Shown piece after piece: positions 48,440 to 62,760 of a DNA stretch of 64,000 nucleotides. Within the stretch, counting starts at the first letter, position 1; the number at the start of each line of letters is the position of its first letter. This stretch comes from Camelus dromedarius. Its lineage: Eukaryota. Position numbers and translations under genes: made by a program. The DNA is taken from assembly GCF_036321535.1 (NCBI RefSeq), contig NC_087447.1, positions 41,666,001 to 41,730,000 of the forward strand, given 5' to 3'. The notes under the pieces are model-generated. The model saw nothing but the letters and a program-made list of their open reading frames with translations. It was not told where the DNA came from and searched no databases.

Positions 48440-49375
48440 TTAGTCATTTGTTGAAGTATAATTTACTTCAATGCAATAAAATTCACTTTTTTAACTGAAC
48501 AGTTCAATAAGCTTTGACAGATGTATACATAAGTGTTCCACTACCACGGTCAAGATACAGATATAGAACACTTCCCTCCAAAATGGTTCTCTGAGCCCCT
48601 TTGCAGTCAGTTATCTCCCTAACCTCTAGCAATCACTGATCTGTTTTCTGTCCTTATGTTTTTGTTTCTTCTAGAATGTCTTATAATGGAATTATATAGT
48701 TTTTCATGTCTGGCTTTTTTCACTTAGAAAAATATGTTTGAGACTTATCCATCTTGTATGTATTGTCAGTTCCTTTTTATTGCCGAGTATAATACAGTTT
48801 ATCTATTTACCAGTGGGTGGACATTCAAGTTTCTAGTTTTTGGCCATTATGAACAAAGTTATTCTGAACGTTTGCATACAGATCTTTGAAAGTTCACATG
48901 GTTTCATTTCTCCTGGGTAGCTACTGAGGAGAGTTGCTGAGTCATATTATCAGTGTCTGTTTAACTTAATATGGAACTGCCAAACTGTTTTCCAAGTTCT
49001 CTGTGCCATTTTGCTTACTTACCAGCAATGTATGAGTGTTAATCCTTTAAATTTTATGTATATTATTTTTAAAATTTAGCCATTTTAGTGGATGTATAGT
49101 GATATCTCATTGTGGTTTCAATTTTTATTTTCCTGGTGGCTAATGATGTTGAGCATCTTTTCATGTGCCTTTTGCATTTGAATTTTTTTTGTAAAGAGTA
49201 TGATCAAATTTTTTTTAATTGGATCATTTGTTTGGTTTCTTACTGAGTTTCTTTAGAATTCTATAAATACAAGTTTTTGTCAGGTGTTTTGCAAATATTT
49301 TCCTCCAATCTGTGACTTGTCCTTTCATTTTCTTGACAATAGGTTTTGAAGAGCAGATGTTTTAATTTGAATCAC
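48440..49375 (-). mobile_element. L1MB/ME-type 3' end
   Basis: TTGAAGTATAATTTAC; GAACTGCCAAACTGTTTTCCAA; TAATGATGTTGAGCATCTTTTCATGTG. Confidence 0.8.
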
Positions 49376-49939
49376 TTTTTTAAACATCTGAATAATTTTG
49401 TATCTTGAGTTGTATCCTTTGAGTAGCCCCTTTTTTTGTAAAACCTTCTGTAAAAACTTACTAGAAGAAAGTCCACTAAATCTATGTTCTTGTTAGAATT
49501 ACAGGTGAAGAATAAACCAAATTGATTCTGCAAACCTTTATTATAAAGCTTTCTTCAGGAGTTAGTATGATTTTATTACCTACATCTGTCTAAAAGCTAG
49601 TATTATGATAATAATATGATACTGGTATGTTCTGTGTCTAATTCCAGATTGTTCCTGGAATTATTGGTTCAACATACTAAACTATTTTTGTTCCTAAAAT
49701 ATCTTTTCAGTTAATGATACTTTTTTATTTTTAGTTGATTTTTTTTCGTATTTGTATTTTAAAGTTGAAAGGGAAAAAACCTTGTTTTTTGAAAAATTAC
49801 TTTTACAAACTGGAAAAAATAGTTAATACATGCTATTTGAATTGTATGCAAGGAGTGCTTGACATAGTGTTTAATAAAGATGTATTGAATGAATACACAT
49901 TTGCTGAACATCTGGGAAATACAAAAGGATATAAGGAAG

Positions 49940-50262
49940 GAGGCTGGGAGATGAGTATGCTTATAAAGGGTAACGGGGGATTTTCGTGGTAGTGAACTGT
50001 TTTGTATCTTTACTGGGTAATGGATACATAAACCTACATATATGATACAATTGCATAAAACTAAATACACAAACACACAAACACAAATGAGTGCAGTAAA
50101 ATGGGGAATCTGAATAAGAAAGTAGATCAGATTAACGTCAATATCCTGGTGTTGATATTGTACTACAATTTTGCAAGTTGTAATTGGGAGAACTGGGTAA
50201 AGAGAAATGGGTATCTGTATTATTTCTCGCAGTTACCTCAAAATAAAAAGTTTAATTTAAAT
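49940..50262 (+). mobile_element. L1MC/MD 3' terminal fragment
   Basis: GTCAATATCCTGGTGTTGATATTGTACTACAATTTTGCAAG..CTCAAAATAAAAAGTTTAATTTAAA. Confidence 0.7.
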
Positions 50263-51149
50263 AATGCTATGAGGAAGATAAAAAGATACTCAGAGTAGCC
50301 TTATTTTTTCCAAACATTGGTGACAGAAGGAAAGGTTATTCTATAAAATTCCAGAAAAACATAATCTTCAGTTGCTAAATTATTATACCTTGTGGATATA
50401 TTAATAATGGGTATTATAACAACTTCATCATTCACTTTATTATTGGATATTTAACTTGTTTCTGGTTTTGTGCTCTTCTGGATAGTACTGTCATGCTGAG
50501 GAGAACATAGCTTGAAAATCACTGATTTTTATGACAGTTTGATTTTGATAATTTGAAATTTGACTTTATTTTCCTGACTTTGCATATGTCCTGTGACACA
50601 ATAATTAAGAAACTTCATTTGTCCTAGTAGGTGAAGTTACTTAGCCAACTATCTTTATTTTACTTACAGTTTTTACTTTCTTGTATTTTTACTGAGGTTT
50701 GTGCAAGAAGAACTGAAAATGACCACATAGGTTAATTCCTTTATATGCTTTTACTTTTTTCTTTTTGTTTACTTTTGCTGTTCATTAATACATTTAGAAT
50801 TTAGTGCATTTATCTAGATAATATTTAACCTGGAGTCAAGTATCAATCATTTGAGGTTCTTACATTTTTTCATACCAACCTGCTTAAATATATTGGAGAA
50901 AGCGTTTGAAATATTTCTTATGTATTTCATCAGTTTTCTTTAAGCAGTGCAATTGAGATAAGCTAAAAGGTAAATTTATGCACAATACCTAGAGTATCAT
51001 AGTTAGAGGTATTTAAAAAATTGATAATTATTTATTATTGAGCCATTGTAATTCATAGTCAGCCTGGATGCTCTCCCCTCCCCTATTCTATATTGAAGTA
51101 TTTGGGATTTCTTGGTTGCTGTTTGTTGCCAATTGTCAATCACCGTTTG

Positions 51150-53260
51150 GAGTTTAGTGATTTGATAAGTATTTATTGCTTTCCAGGCATTGTGCTAATT
51201 GTTAGAACAAAAATAAATGAGTAAGTAGTAAGATTCTATCTATAACTTAGTCATTAATGGAGACAATCTTGAAATAAGTAGTGATAAATGAAGAAAGTGG
51301 ATCCACTTTACTGAGGGAAACAGAAGGCTTCCTATGAGAGGTGGTGTTTAAACCAAGTTATGCAGGATGAATAACCACTTGCTAGGTAGAAGAAAGGGTA
51401 AAGTAGATTATAAACAGAGAGAAAAACATGTAAATGTATGAATGTCTTGTTCCAGGAATGGGGAGAAGTATAGTGTAGATGGAAACTGAGGTAAGCTTTG
51501 ATGCTGGAGTGGGTTGGGGTCAGACTGTGAAAAGCTCCATGTATTAGGCTATGGAATTTAGCTTTGACTCTGTAGGCAGTGGGGGCTATTGAAAAATAGG
51601 GGTTCTTAAAAAAAAAAGAAACACATAGAAATGTGACTCAAATGGCAGTGGACAAAAGGGAGAAAAACCAGTGTGAAAAAACTCAGCTTTTACAGTGGGA
51701 CTAGAAAGGAAAGTATGGATTCTAGAGAAATTTAAAAGCTCAAATTAGCAATATTTAGTAATGAATGGATGTGAAGGGTATAGGGGGAAGAGTAGTTGAT
51801 GGTAAAAGTTTCTAGCCTGGGTAATTGGGTGATGATGCTATTAATCCAAACGGGGAATTCAGGAGAAAAAAAATGAATTTGGATGAGGAAAGAAATGCTG
51901 AGCTTAGTTTTGGGTATGTTGAACTAAATGTGCTTGTTTATAATCAAGGTAGAACTGTCATTTAGGTGTTTAGATGTGTGGGTCAGGTGGTTAGGAGACA
52001 AGTGAAGATTAGAGGTTTAGTTTGGGAATTACTGGTAGCCAGCTGATTGCCAGAAATAAAGAAAAAAATATGAGACTGTTCAGGAAATGTGTATAGAGAG
52101 AAAAAAGGAGTGGCCTAAGAATTGAACCCGGAGAAAATTAAATATTTAAGAGGTAAATAGAGCAGTAGCAGCCAGGAAACTGAACAGGAGTGGTCAGGGG
52201 TATTGCAAGAGAACCAAGATAGAGTGGTATCTTGGAAACCTTGAGTGTAGAGAATTTTGAGGAGGAGGAAATGATGAATAAATGTGAAATGCTCTGAAGA
52301 TGTCTTGTATAATGAGGACTAAACATAGTGTCTTAGTCTATTTGGGTTGCTGTAACAAATTACCCTAGACTGAGTGGCTTAAACAACAAACATTTCTCAG
52401 AGTTCTGGAGGCTGGAAAATCCAAGATAAGGCACAGGCAGCTTCACAGTCTCTTGAGGGTTTACTTCCTGGCCCATAGATGGCTGTCTTCTCACCGTGTC
52501 CTCACTTGGTGGAAGGGGCAAGGGAGCTCTCTGGGGTCTCTTTGATAAGGACACTAGTCCCATTAATGAGAACTCTGCCCTCATGATGTAGTCACCTCCA
52601 AATACCATTGCTTTGGCCCCACCTCCAAATGCTATCACATAGGGTTTAGGTTTCAACAGATGCATTCTGTGGTGGAGGAGGGAGACACACATTCTACGTC
52701 TATGACGAATAGACTCATAGACTTGATAATTAGGATAATGACTTTAGAACATTACAGTAGAGTTGAGGGGGGCAAAGCCAGTTTGATAAATGCACATCCC
52801 AAGTCATATGCCGTATAAATCTCATATAGTCCAATTTATTTCCTTCCTTTTTAGAAGCTCCCTATGACCTGCAACCCATAGCTTGAGGAAAAGGTCAGAG
52901 GTGACTTCAGAATCCCAAGCTTGAATGTCTGGGATACTTGTGATACTGTGACTTTTAAATAAGAAGATTGCAAATATTTTTCTTTTAAAATTAGTTATTT
53001 GTCTTTGTTGGCTTGGAAGATAATAGGTATTATTATATAGCCATCCAAGTGGAGACTTCAAAAGGTAAGATAGGTAGGGGTTGGACACAGAGACTTGAGA
53101 ATCCTTAGAGTAGACAGAGGTATGACACGGTATGAGTACCTTTAGAAAGTCAGTGTAGAGACAGAAGAATAGAGGACCAAGGACTGATCATTGGGGAACA
53201 TTATTGCTAAGAGGATGGAAAATAAAAAGAACCAAAGAAGAAGGAGTTGGAGAATTTGAG
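51150..53260 (-). mobile_element. Long degenerate L2 LINE (hosts an MLT1 LTR)
   Basis: TAAGTATTTATTG..CCAGGCATTGTGCTA; TTTCTAGCCTGGGTAATTGGG; GAGCTTAGTTTTGGGTATGTTGAA. Confidence 0.65.
52329..52706 (-). mobile_element. MaLR MLT1A-type solo LTR
   Basis: TGTCTTAGTCTATTTGGGTTGCTGTAACAAA..AGTTCTGGAGGCTGGAAAATCCAAGAT..GCTCTCTGGGGTCTCTTT. Confidence 0.85.
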
Positions 53261-53289
53261 AGAGACATTTGATTTTCCCCAATAGCAAT

Positions 53290-53712
53290 TCGCCTCGATG
53301 TTGATAGAACCCCTGATTTTTGGCTAGTTATCTAGTCATGCAGGAGAGACTACTTTCAAGTTACTAACATATAAATGTGAATAAGTTCTGAGCAGTTTTA
53401 TGTAAGTGGAAATGAGTGTAGTATCCCAAAAAGTATTCTAAAAGAGGGTATGTTTTCTTCTTTTCTGAGACTGACATGCTTATATGGACTGGAGCTCCAG
53501 CAGCCATCTTGGATGGTGTAGGTAAGAGCCTACACCTGGGGATCTGAGGAAAAAGCTAGAAAGAACCTGGGTCTCTAATGACATAGTGGGATTGTCATAG
53601 CTGCCTCTGGAATTTTTAATTTTTTACATGAAAGATTATGATCTTGTATGTTTAAACCACTATAAATTTGAATTTTTTGTTGAACATAGCTAATCTTAAT
53701 CCAAGTACACAG
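53290..53712 (+). mobile_element. Old MLT1-type LTR
   Basis: CTGGAGCTCCAGCAGCCATCTTGGA..GAAAGAACCTGGGTCTCTAATGAC..TGTTTAAACCACT. Confidence 0.55.
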
Positions 53713-55529
53713 TGGTGGAGGGGATAGGAATCCAGAGTCATAGAAAGTGAAGGAATAATTCTCAGTGTCAGGTGTGGCAGATAGAGATCAGTGAGATGTG
53801 GAGTGTATGAAGATCTTTGTGTTTCATAAAATTTTAGAGTTGAAAGTTAACTACAGATTATCTAATTGAATCCAGTTTATATGTAAGGAACCAATGTGCC
53901 CATGCGCCCCCATCCCTTCCCTGCATATTGTTAACCTGTGAATGATTACACAGCTGTTGAGTGGCAAATCCTGGACTAGAAGTTTCCTGATGCCTATACT
54001 CCAGTACACCATTCTGTCTTCTGAGAATTTATATCAAGAATAGTCTTACCCCAGGATTGTTTCTGCTGGGGTAGGACTTCAACACAACGTAACAATGTTG
54101 TGTTGTAAAACAAATTGCAGAATTTTAAATAGGAGAAAGGATAGGAAGTGAAGGAAGCAGGTTAAGACTGTATGTGAGTCATCTGATTTTTGAGAGGTAC
54201 GAGTATCTGGTTGGAAAAGTTTGAATGCTTTTTCTTCAGGATAAAAAGACTTTGGTTTTTTATATCCCAGAGTTGTCTAGCTGATTAGTGCTTAATAAGA
54301 CATGTTTGAATTAAATTGCAAGAAATCGTGTGGTCCAGTGAGAGTTTAAAAATGTATAGGGCAGATTTGTGCATATATGAAGGCAGAAAGAAGAGTGGAA
54401 ATCAGTGGAATGAACGCAATTGATGCTGGAGAGGGTGACGATAGGTATGGGAAGAAAGTTCCTGACGACTTGGAGTTTCAAGCACATGTATACAAGATAC
54501 AAATACTATCAGTGAGCTCTGAATACTCCCCTTTAAAGGGTGTGTAGTTTGAAAAATAATTTGCCATTTCATTAGTCTTGGAAATATTCTATAATGGTGT
54601 ACATCAAAACCTGTCACTATCAGCTTTGTGGGAGGTGACAAATCACATAGCATATTATAGAACCAGAAATCTACAGATAAAATTAGCATTAATGCACAGG
54701 ATACTATTGGGAAAAGAGTGGTGAAGCATGCTAAGAGAGAGGTTTCAGGGTAAGCTTTAAAATTTTAAATACAAGTATATCTATATAATGAATTCCTAAG
54801 AAACCTAACAAACCTCTCAAAATAAATTTGTTTCCCAGTTGTAGGTTGATTTATATATTATAGATTATTGTACTCATCATGATGATGAGCTTCATTAAAA
54901 ACCATTATAAAAGTGAAGCCATTGACTAAATCATTGTATTGGTTGACTAGTATTTCTTAATTATAATAATTTACTTTTGTCAAAACTGAGATCATTAAAT
55001 ATCACAAGATTTAATGTCTTGTTTTTAATTATTGATGAATGTGAGTAATGACTTGTTATGAAATTATGAAGTAAATGCTTTTATTTAAAGTTTTCATTTC
55101 TATAATCTACATTGTGAAGGAAAATATAACATAATTTCATAATTATTTTACTTCCCCTTATACATACTTATCAATGTCTTCCTTGTAGAATTTTTCAGAA
55201 AAATTTTTTAGTTATAATAAAGTTTTCCACTGTTTACTGAACAAAATCAATGAAAAAATAATTTTGCCTATGGAAGTATTTCATACAACTGCTACTTAAA
55301 TATAAATGTACCTCAAACAGGCTACATTTTAAAAATTGTATGTATAGTTCTACAGATGCTAATTATTCTGGAGTATAGAATGAAAAGATTAAGAAAAGAA
55401 AAAATGCTTGTGTTTTAAGGGAGCATTAATGCTATTACAGGGAAGTACCAGAGAAATAATCCTCACTCTAAAATGTCTCAAAAATAGTACGATATATTGT
55501 GTAATAGCTGCTGGTTAGCTCTCCAACAC

Positions 55530-55965
55530 TGTATAACGTCCTAGGGCTGCCGTAACAAGTTATCACAAACTTGGTGTCTTAAAACAACAGACATTTATTC
55601 TCTCATAATTCTGAAAGCTAGAAGTCTGAAATCAAGGTGCTGGAAGGATAGTGCTCCCATGAAGACTAGAGAAGAATCCTTTCCTGCTTCTTCTAGCTTC
55701 TATTGGTCCTAGGCTTTATTTGTGGCAGCATGACTCTTAATTTCTGCCTCGTCTTCACATGCCCTTTTTTTCAGTGTCTCTGTGTCCAAATCTTTTCCTT
55801 TTTCTTATGAAGACACTAATCATTGGATTTAGGGCCCACCTAAAATCCAGGATGATTTCATCTCGAGATCCTTAGCTAATTATATCTGCAAAGGCTATTT
55901 CCAAATAAGGTCACACTCTGGGGTTCTCATGGATGTGAATTTTGTGGAATACTATTCAGCAAACA
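55530..55965 (-). mobile_element. MaLR MLT1C-type solo LTR
   Basis: CCTAGGGCTGCCGTAACAAGTTATCACAAACTTGG..CATTGGATTTAGGGCCCACC..ATTTCCAAATAAGGTCACA. Confidence 0.85.
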
Positions 55966-58555
55966 GTGGTTCATGCATTTTTTATAATGCTAGTTCATAA
56001 ATATTAGGAAATTTATCTGGACAGAATAGTGTTAAATATGAGACTTATTTTTTGAGAAATAATTTTGTAATAGAGTATACATTCAGCATCTAAATATATT
56101 TTAAGAAAATCATGCCCTCACCATTACAAGTTAAACCAAATTCTAATGACCAAGGGCTCATGAGGACCAGCATCCAACTGTGTGCCTGGAACCTTCTAAG
56201 TGTATGGCAGGAGCAGGGGAAGAGAGAGATGGGCTTGATACATCTGGGGCCTTAGCTACATTTGTGGTCTCCTTGGCAACATGCACTATCCAATGGAGTT
56301 ATAAACAGAAATATATGATTGTGTCTCCCACTTGAAAGAAAAACCTACCAAAAACAAAAAAATCCCCAACATTTGCTTTAAATACTTGAGTGAATAATAT
56401 GCTACATAAAATTCAGAATTTCTTGGAAGATATATATTATATATATATTATATATTTTGCACATAGCTTTTGGAAAGGTTTAGATTTATATATGTTCTTT
56501 GTTCTAACTTTTACTAGTGCCATCTGTTCTCTCCACATTATTGTGTTGGTAAAGCTAATAGATACTTTTTTGAATGTGTCACACAGCTTACATTTATTTT
56601 TTTAGGCATTTGTTTCACAGGCGGAAACTATTTCATTTTATCCATTAAAAAAAATTAGTGTTTCCACGTACATTATCTCAGTGACTTCATAGTAACACAG
56701 GGAGTTACCCTGTGGGGTCAATCAAAGTTAAATAGCCTACTTTCATACAGATCATAAGTGGAATTAAACGGGATTAAATGGAACTTGAATTCAGTTTTCT
56801 GACTTTAAATGAAAACATTTCTTTATAAATACATTTCAAGGACTGGAGGATAAAGAGTGAGGGAGAGGAGTAGGGAAGGGATTTTTAGGTGAGGGAACAG
56901 TAGTAGTGGCAAAGGCATCGAAGTGGTAAACAATGAGTAGATCTTCAATTTGGCTGAAATACTGGGACCAGAAGATGAGAGCTGATAAGTAATACATGAA
57001 GATTATATGAGAGTAGCCAAGACGGGTTTTTTTCCCCAGCTATTTTGAGGCTTGTCACCTTTCATCGCATTGTTTTCTTGTCTTTCTGCCCTTAATTTCT
57101 GGAGTTGAAATTCTTGATACTTTGGAAAACAAAATTTAAAAACCTGTTACACAAGAAGGTTCCGAAATATTTCCGTAGAATTTTGGCACTCAGGAAGATA
57201 AACTTGCTTTTGAAAATATTTTTCTATTACAAGGTGTGGTTGCTATTTTTTGGTATAACAAGTGAGTCTGGAATTATGGTGAGAAACATTTTTTCCTTAT
57301 CAGCAGAATCTTTTGTAGAAAGTTAAGTGTTAATTTGGTTCTAGGTACTTGTGCAGAAACTTTCTAGTTCTCTTAATAAAGTGAAGACCCGTTTTTATTG
57401 TTGGCAAGGATATTGTCTTCCAAGGTTGGCAGTGGAAAGAAGGCCACCACATGGGAAGGATTGGCTTGACCTCACAGCTCCAATTTTTCCATTTCTCTAG
57501 TGTTTGCATGGAATGCCACTTTTTTCTTAACATTCTGGCCTGAATAACTCTCTCCCTATCCAATCATTTCCCCTTTATTTCCTGAGACACAGCTGAAACA
57601 AGGCTGGATATTGAAAAAAGACCAAACAAAGGTAATGAAGCCAGAGAGTAACTTTTAAGTTAGTTGTCTGGTTTACAAGGTGTAGTTTACTCCTTTTTGG
57701 CCTGTGGTCTTCTAAAGGGAAAACTGTCCTACCTAGTTTCTGGCCTGTCATCATGTGATGGAGGTCTTCTTTTTTTTAACATGTCTCCTTAATTCTGGGC
57801 CCTAGATGGGGGCCAAACAGTCCATTCCTGTCAGGTTTATCTACGATCTACTTTCTTCCTTCTAGTTTTCTGTCCCAAGGATCTGTCTCTTCTGGATGAT
57901 TATACCAGGGCTGTGCTTCAGGAGATAATCCATTCCTTACCCATTGATCCATAGCACCCACTGGTCTACTGTATTAGAATTCAGCACAAGAAAAGGAGAT
58001 GTACACATACAGAAGTGTGGGAAGAGGACATCCTGTGTTCCACCCACCAGCCCAGCATTGACAAAACTTTGATGTTACCTAGAAATAAGATCATAACATT
58101 CATGTACAAATCAAAGCACAGCTAAACAAGCATTATATTTTGTTATTTTTAGAAGAAAAATAAGTTCTGTAGAACTATGTGTGTTCATATTTATTTTTAA
58201 TTGATGCTTTGTAATCTTTCCTATTTGATTTTAATCTGAACAAATATTGATACCATTTTTATTATTCAGTAAGCATGTTAGTTGAAGCAGTTTTTACAAA
58301 CAATAGTTTAAGTCCAAAAATATCTAAATTCTGGACTGACTTAATTTGTACAGTTAAATTGAAGTAATGATTTCTGAAAGCTGTCCTCTTGCTTTTTGTT
58401 CTCTTGTATAATGGAAGTGTCTTTTTTCTATTAATAATTAAACAGAATCATTAATTACTAAAGCATCTAATTAAAGCAAAACAAAACAGCAGCATAACTG
58501 ATCTTTTCTGCTATGTATATATTATATAGAGTCTCACTAGGGATTGTTTATTTTT

Positions 58556-58611
58556 TAATTTTTTAACATTGTTTATTGATTTATAATCATTTTACAGTGT
58601 TGTGTCAAATT
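58556..58611 (-). mobile_element. Extremely 5'-truncated L1 insertion (56 nt)
   Basis: Perfect 16-bp TSD GGGATTGTTTATTTTT at 58540-58555 and 58612-58627; minus-strand AATAAA at 58577-58572. Confidence 0.75.
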
Positions 58612-59269
58612 GGGATTGTTTATTTTTAATGGATAATTTAAAAGAAATAGTATGGTGAAATCACCGTGTTTGCCAAAAGTTACTTGTATTTGTGGGTCGT
58701 GAGGTTTGAAACTATTGAAGAACTTATTGAAAGACTTAAGGAAATAATGTGAGTAGCTGATAATTGGCAAGTAAGTATGCCTCTACTGTAGTGAACTACT
58801 TGCCAGTCTCCTAAGGAATCAAGATTTTTCTCCTTGACTTCACAATTGCTGCTCCTTCATTGTTATGTCTTTTCAAATATAGCCATTTTATTGGTTGTGA
58901 AGTAGTGTACTGCTGATATTTTAATTTGTTTCCCAAGATTTTTGTGTGCAGCCATATACATCTACATGTATCATTAATCTTATTTTAATTCTTATAAAAC
59001 AAGTTTATAGCATCTGTTCATTTATGTAGTCTGTTTTAAAACGTAACTATGTTATTGGCAACTTTCCATATTCTACATGTAAATGTATGAGATATGTATA
59101 TATATGATAGCATTGATTTTTGTTAGCTAAAGTGTTTTATCATTTAACATATTTTAATGTACATGTACTATATTATAATACATAATTTAATATGCATATA
59201 ATGAATGTGATTAATCCTTCTAGCTGAATCTCTGTATTCATCTTTAATTTCTTGGGATAAGTGGATAGA

Positions 59270-59500
59270 GAGGCTGTAAAGTTAAGTAGTTAAAAGCATG
59301 GGGTGGAGTCAGATGATCTGGGTTTGATTCCTGGTTTTGCCTTTTAGTAGTTACGGCTTTAGACAAGTTACTGCATTTTTTTTGTGTCTGAGTTTCTGTG
59401 TCTATAAAATGGGATAATAAATAGTAGTATCTACCTCACAGAGTTGTGAAGATTAAGTGAGTTTATTCTTGTCATTTATTTATGTCTGGCACAGAATAAT
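59270..59500 (+). mobile_element. MIR SINE
   Basis: TGGAGTCAGA..CTGGGTTTGATTCCTGG..TCTATAAAATGGGATAATA..CTACCTCACAGAGTTGTGAAGATTAAGTGAG. Confidence 0.75.
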
Positions 59501-62500
59501 TCTATAAGTTTTAATTTGTGGATGTGGAATTGCTAGGTCAAAGGACATGTACATATATATTGACATGTTAATTTTCTGCCCAGCATCCCTTCTTTTGGGA
59601 AGTGTGTTGTTCTATTCCCTGTAATTCCACGGAAAATGTCCTAGTTACTCCCACCCTGTACCTTAAACTGGGCCAGTTAGAGTCATCTGTGGGTCTTTTC
59701 TTTTAAAAGGAACAAGAAAGTCTCTATTTTCTACTAGGATGACTAAGGTAGGATACAGTGACTAAGTTCGGGCTGTCAATGTGTATTTTCCCTACTGTAT
59801 TTAGAGAGTCTGTCTGAATATTGAAGAGAGGCAAAGATAGCCAAAAAATTAAGAGACAGACAGAACTTTGGAAACATCATTTAAACTTCTGGTTCTAGTC
59901 ATTCTTGAAAGCCAAAAGAACATTTTAAAAAGTAGTTTTGAAGCATATAACTCAAATGTCTTCCAGAATGATTGTATCAGTTTATACTCCCATTTCCTTC
60001 AGGAGAATCTTAATTAGAAAAAAAAAAAAGTCATTGTTTAAGCAACAACAGAGGAGAATGCATAGTTCCATGAAGATGAGACAGATCAGGAAGATCAGAC
60101 CTTATACTTAATTCAGATTATGTCTCTGCTACTTGTCTTTGGCCTTTATTGTAACCTAAGTATATTTAAACCTAGGAATCTGAGGTCTGAAAATTCCAAG
60201 TCTTCCCTTTTTCACTTGTCTGATTTATCCAGGCTGAAAGAGTTCCTTCAGGGTCTGGTCCAAATAAATTCCAATATTCTATGAATAGAGAAATCTTTGA
60301 AATTGAAAAAGAGCCCTTTCAGCAGACATACTTTTATTATTTTAGCAGTCCACTTTATCTAATGGGAGTTGAAACACTTATTTACTAAGTATTTATTGAA
60401 TGGACAGATTTGTAGGGCTTTCTTTTGAGTGATTTCCCTAGTAGATTGAGTGGGGGAGAAAGTTTGTATCTTCCTTAGAAAGACCCATTCCCACTGATGA
60501 GGCCATTCTGTAGATGACTTCTTTTCCTTTAAAAAACCTTTGTGTACTTTATTAATTTACAGGATCAGTTGGTGCCATGATTTGAAGAAAACAGTTAAGT
60601 TGTTTGGAAACTTGACATCTCAAGTTACTTTTTTCCATCAAGCAAATATTCAATTGTTATAGTTTATTAAAATATAAGATTTAAAACTTGAAATTGAAGA
60701 TTCTTGTATAAAGAAAATAACTAGTTTTGGGGCAAGTTTTTAAGTTAAAAAAATCTGTTTATAGTTAATGACATCTGCTTGTAGGTAAAAAATGTCCTTT
60801 TTTTTCTTCCCAGCTTAAGCTAAGTCTTATTACATTTAGAGAGAGAAAGCAACTGTTGGAACAAACTTGAAAAATAATAGTACGAAAAATAATTTGCAAT
60901 GGAAAGTAGTAGTTGGAACTGGAGTGAATTTTACAAATGCTTTATATATTGTCCCACGCAGTTCTATGGAATTTGAAAAGAATGTTACTTGTTTTCCTTT
61001 TGAGACAGATATTTTACCAAATAATTTTAGGCTGAGTAAACCAAAATCCACACAGAATTAGATTAATAAAACGTTTTTTGATGGAGAAAAGAAATGAGAG
61101 GGAGCAACAATAAAGATTCATTTAGGATAGTACAAAACTGAAAGTTTTTGAAATTACAGGTTAGTGCATTTAGGGAAAAACTGGACTTGACTCATAAGTG
61201 AAGGCCAAATGGCTTTTTTTTAGCCATTCAGTCAGGTGTCTATTGAGTGACTGAGGAGGGAGGGAGGGATATTGACTTTGTCCCTAAAGAATTTATTTAA
61301 TTTTGCTAGGCTTGATCAATCTCATTAGCAGAGAAATGGAAATTTTTTCTTTTAAAAAGCTCACATCTACATCAGTATGAAATGTAATGATCAGGTAGTT
61401 TTGAACAACTATAAGGCATCAAGAAGATTCTAGCAAGTGTATGTAGGTAGGGACTAGAAGGTGGAACTGCCTGTAGAAAAAAAATCCACCTTAATGTCTC
61501 ATAGGAATTGGAAGTTCAACCTGTTCAAGTAAACATGTTCCTCTTCTAAACCTTTTCCTCTTGGTCATTTACCCAAGTCAGAAACTTGCCACAGATGTCC
61601 CTTTTTCCCTCACTTTCACTTCAGAAGGTTTTATTTTTCTTAAGTTTTTCTCACATTTCTCTCTCTCTCTTTTTTTTTATCTTTTCCCACAATCAGTGCC
61701 ATCGTTCAGGGTCTCCTCCGTCCTTACTCTGGTTACTATAAAGAACAGTCTGTGAAGATAGAGGTTTGTCTGCCTGTAATATTACATAATTTATGTAATA
61801 TACATAAATGTCTTAAACAATGTAGAAATGTATTTCTCTCTCACTTAAAGATTTGAGTATAGACAGTTTTGGATTTGTACATTCATCTGGACCCAGGCTG
61901 CTTCCAACTTTATACTTAACATCTTAGCTCTACCATATCTATATCCCAAGTAGTAGGGGAAGAAGGGATAGCTCCGTTCCTTTAAAGGTCTGCATCACTT
62001 CCTGTGGCTGAAACTTAGCTAGAGGGGATATGGGGAAATGTGGTTCATATCCCTAGTTAAAACTGAGTCTTCTATCACCACCGCCGCCACCACCATAGCT
62101 ATTAGAGGATAACTCACAGTCTGCCATGGGAACCTCCTTATGTTCCTCCTTTCAGTTAAATTCTTCTCCAGCTAGTTCCATGCTGCTACTAGAATAATTT
62201 TTTCCAGTAAAATGGTTATGTCACTCTGTGTTTAATCTTTTGGTAGTTTGTCAGTGGCTTCAAATGCATACCTAGGGTGCCTCAAGTTATCTAAGCAGTG
62301 TCAGTGGCAGAGGAAATCTGCATGCATTACTTGTATCATGCAATCATGGTGTTTTACATGATGGAGTTTTCTTCTCTATCATAGTGAGTGATGTTCCCTA
62401 GTCTTCTACAATGTCAGTGCTCTGTCCTTGGCTGAGAGGTCTCTAATTGTCCAAATAGTGTTTCCTGCTCCATACCTTTGTAGTGAGGATCTGCATGAGA

Positions 62501-62519
62501 TAGCATAACTGGTTGGTCA

Positions 62520-62760
62520 CAATTGAGCATAAATTCTTGAATCAGAACAACCTGAGTTTAAATTTCTGCTTTACCATCTGCCAAAGTGTGACTATGGGTA
62601 TATCATATAACTACTGAGCTCAGTTTATCCTCTGTAAACTTGAAACAATAGTAACAGTAGTACCTGCTTCATAAGATTGTTAGGAAGATTAAATGAGTTT
62701 ATAAGGAGAACCTTCTCCCTAGCAGGAAATGCACTCAAAAGTGGCACCTGTTATTTTTTT
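62520..62760 (+). mobile_element. MIR SINE
   Basis: CTCAGTTTATCCTCTGTAAA..GTACCTGCTTCATAAGATTGTTAGGAAGATTAAATGAG. Confidence 0.7.

Noticed and set aside
54080..54105. Hairpin CAACACAACGT-AACA-ATGTTGTGTTG
   Set aside because: An 11-bp stem is too short for a pre-miRNA and has no supporting context.
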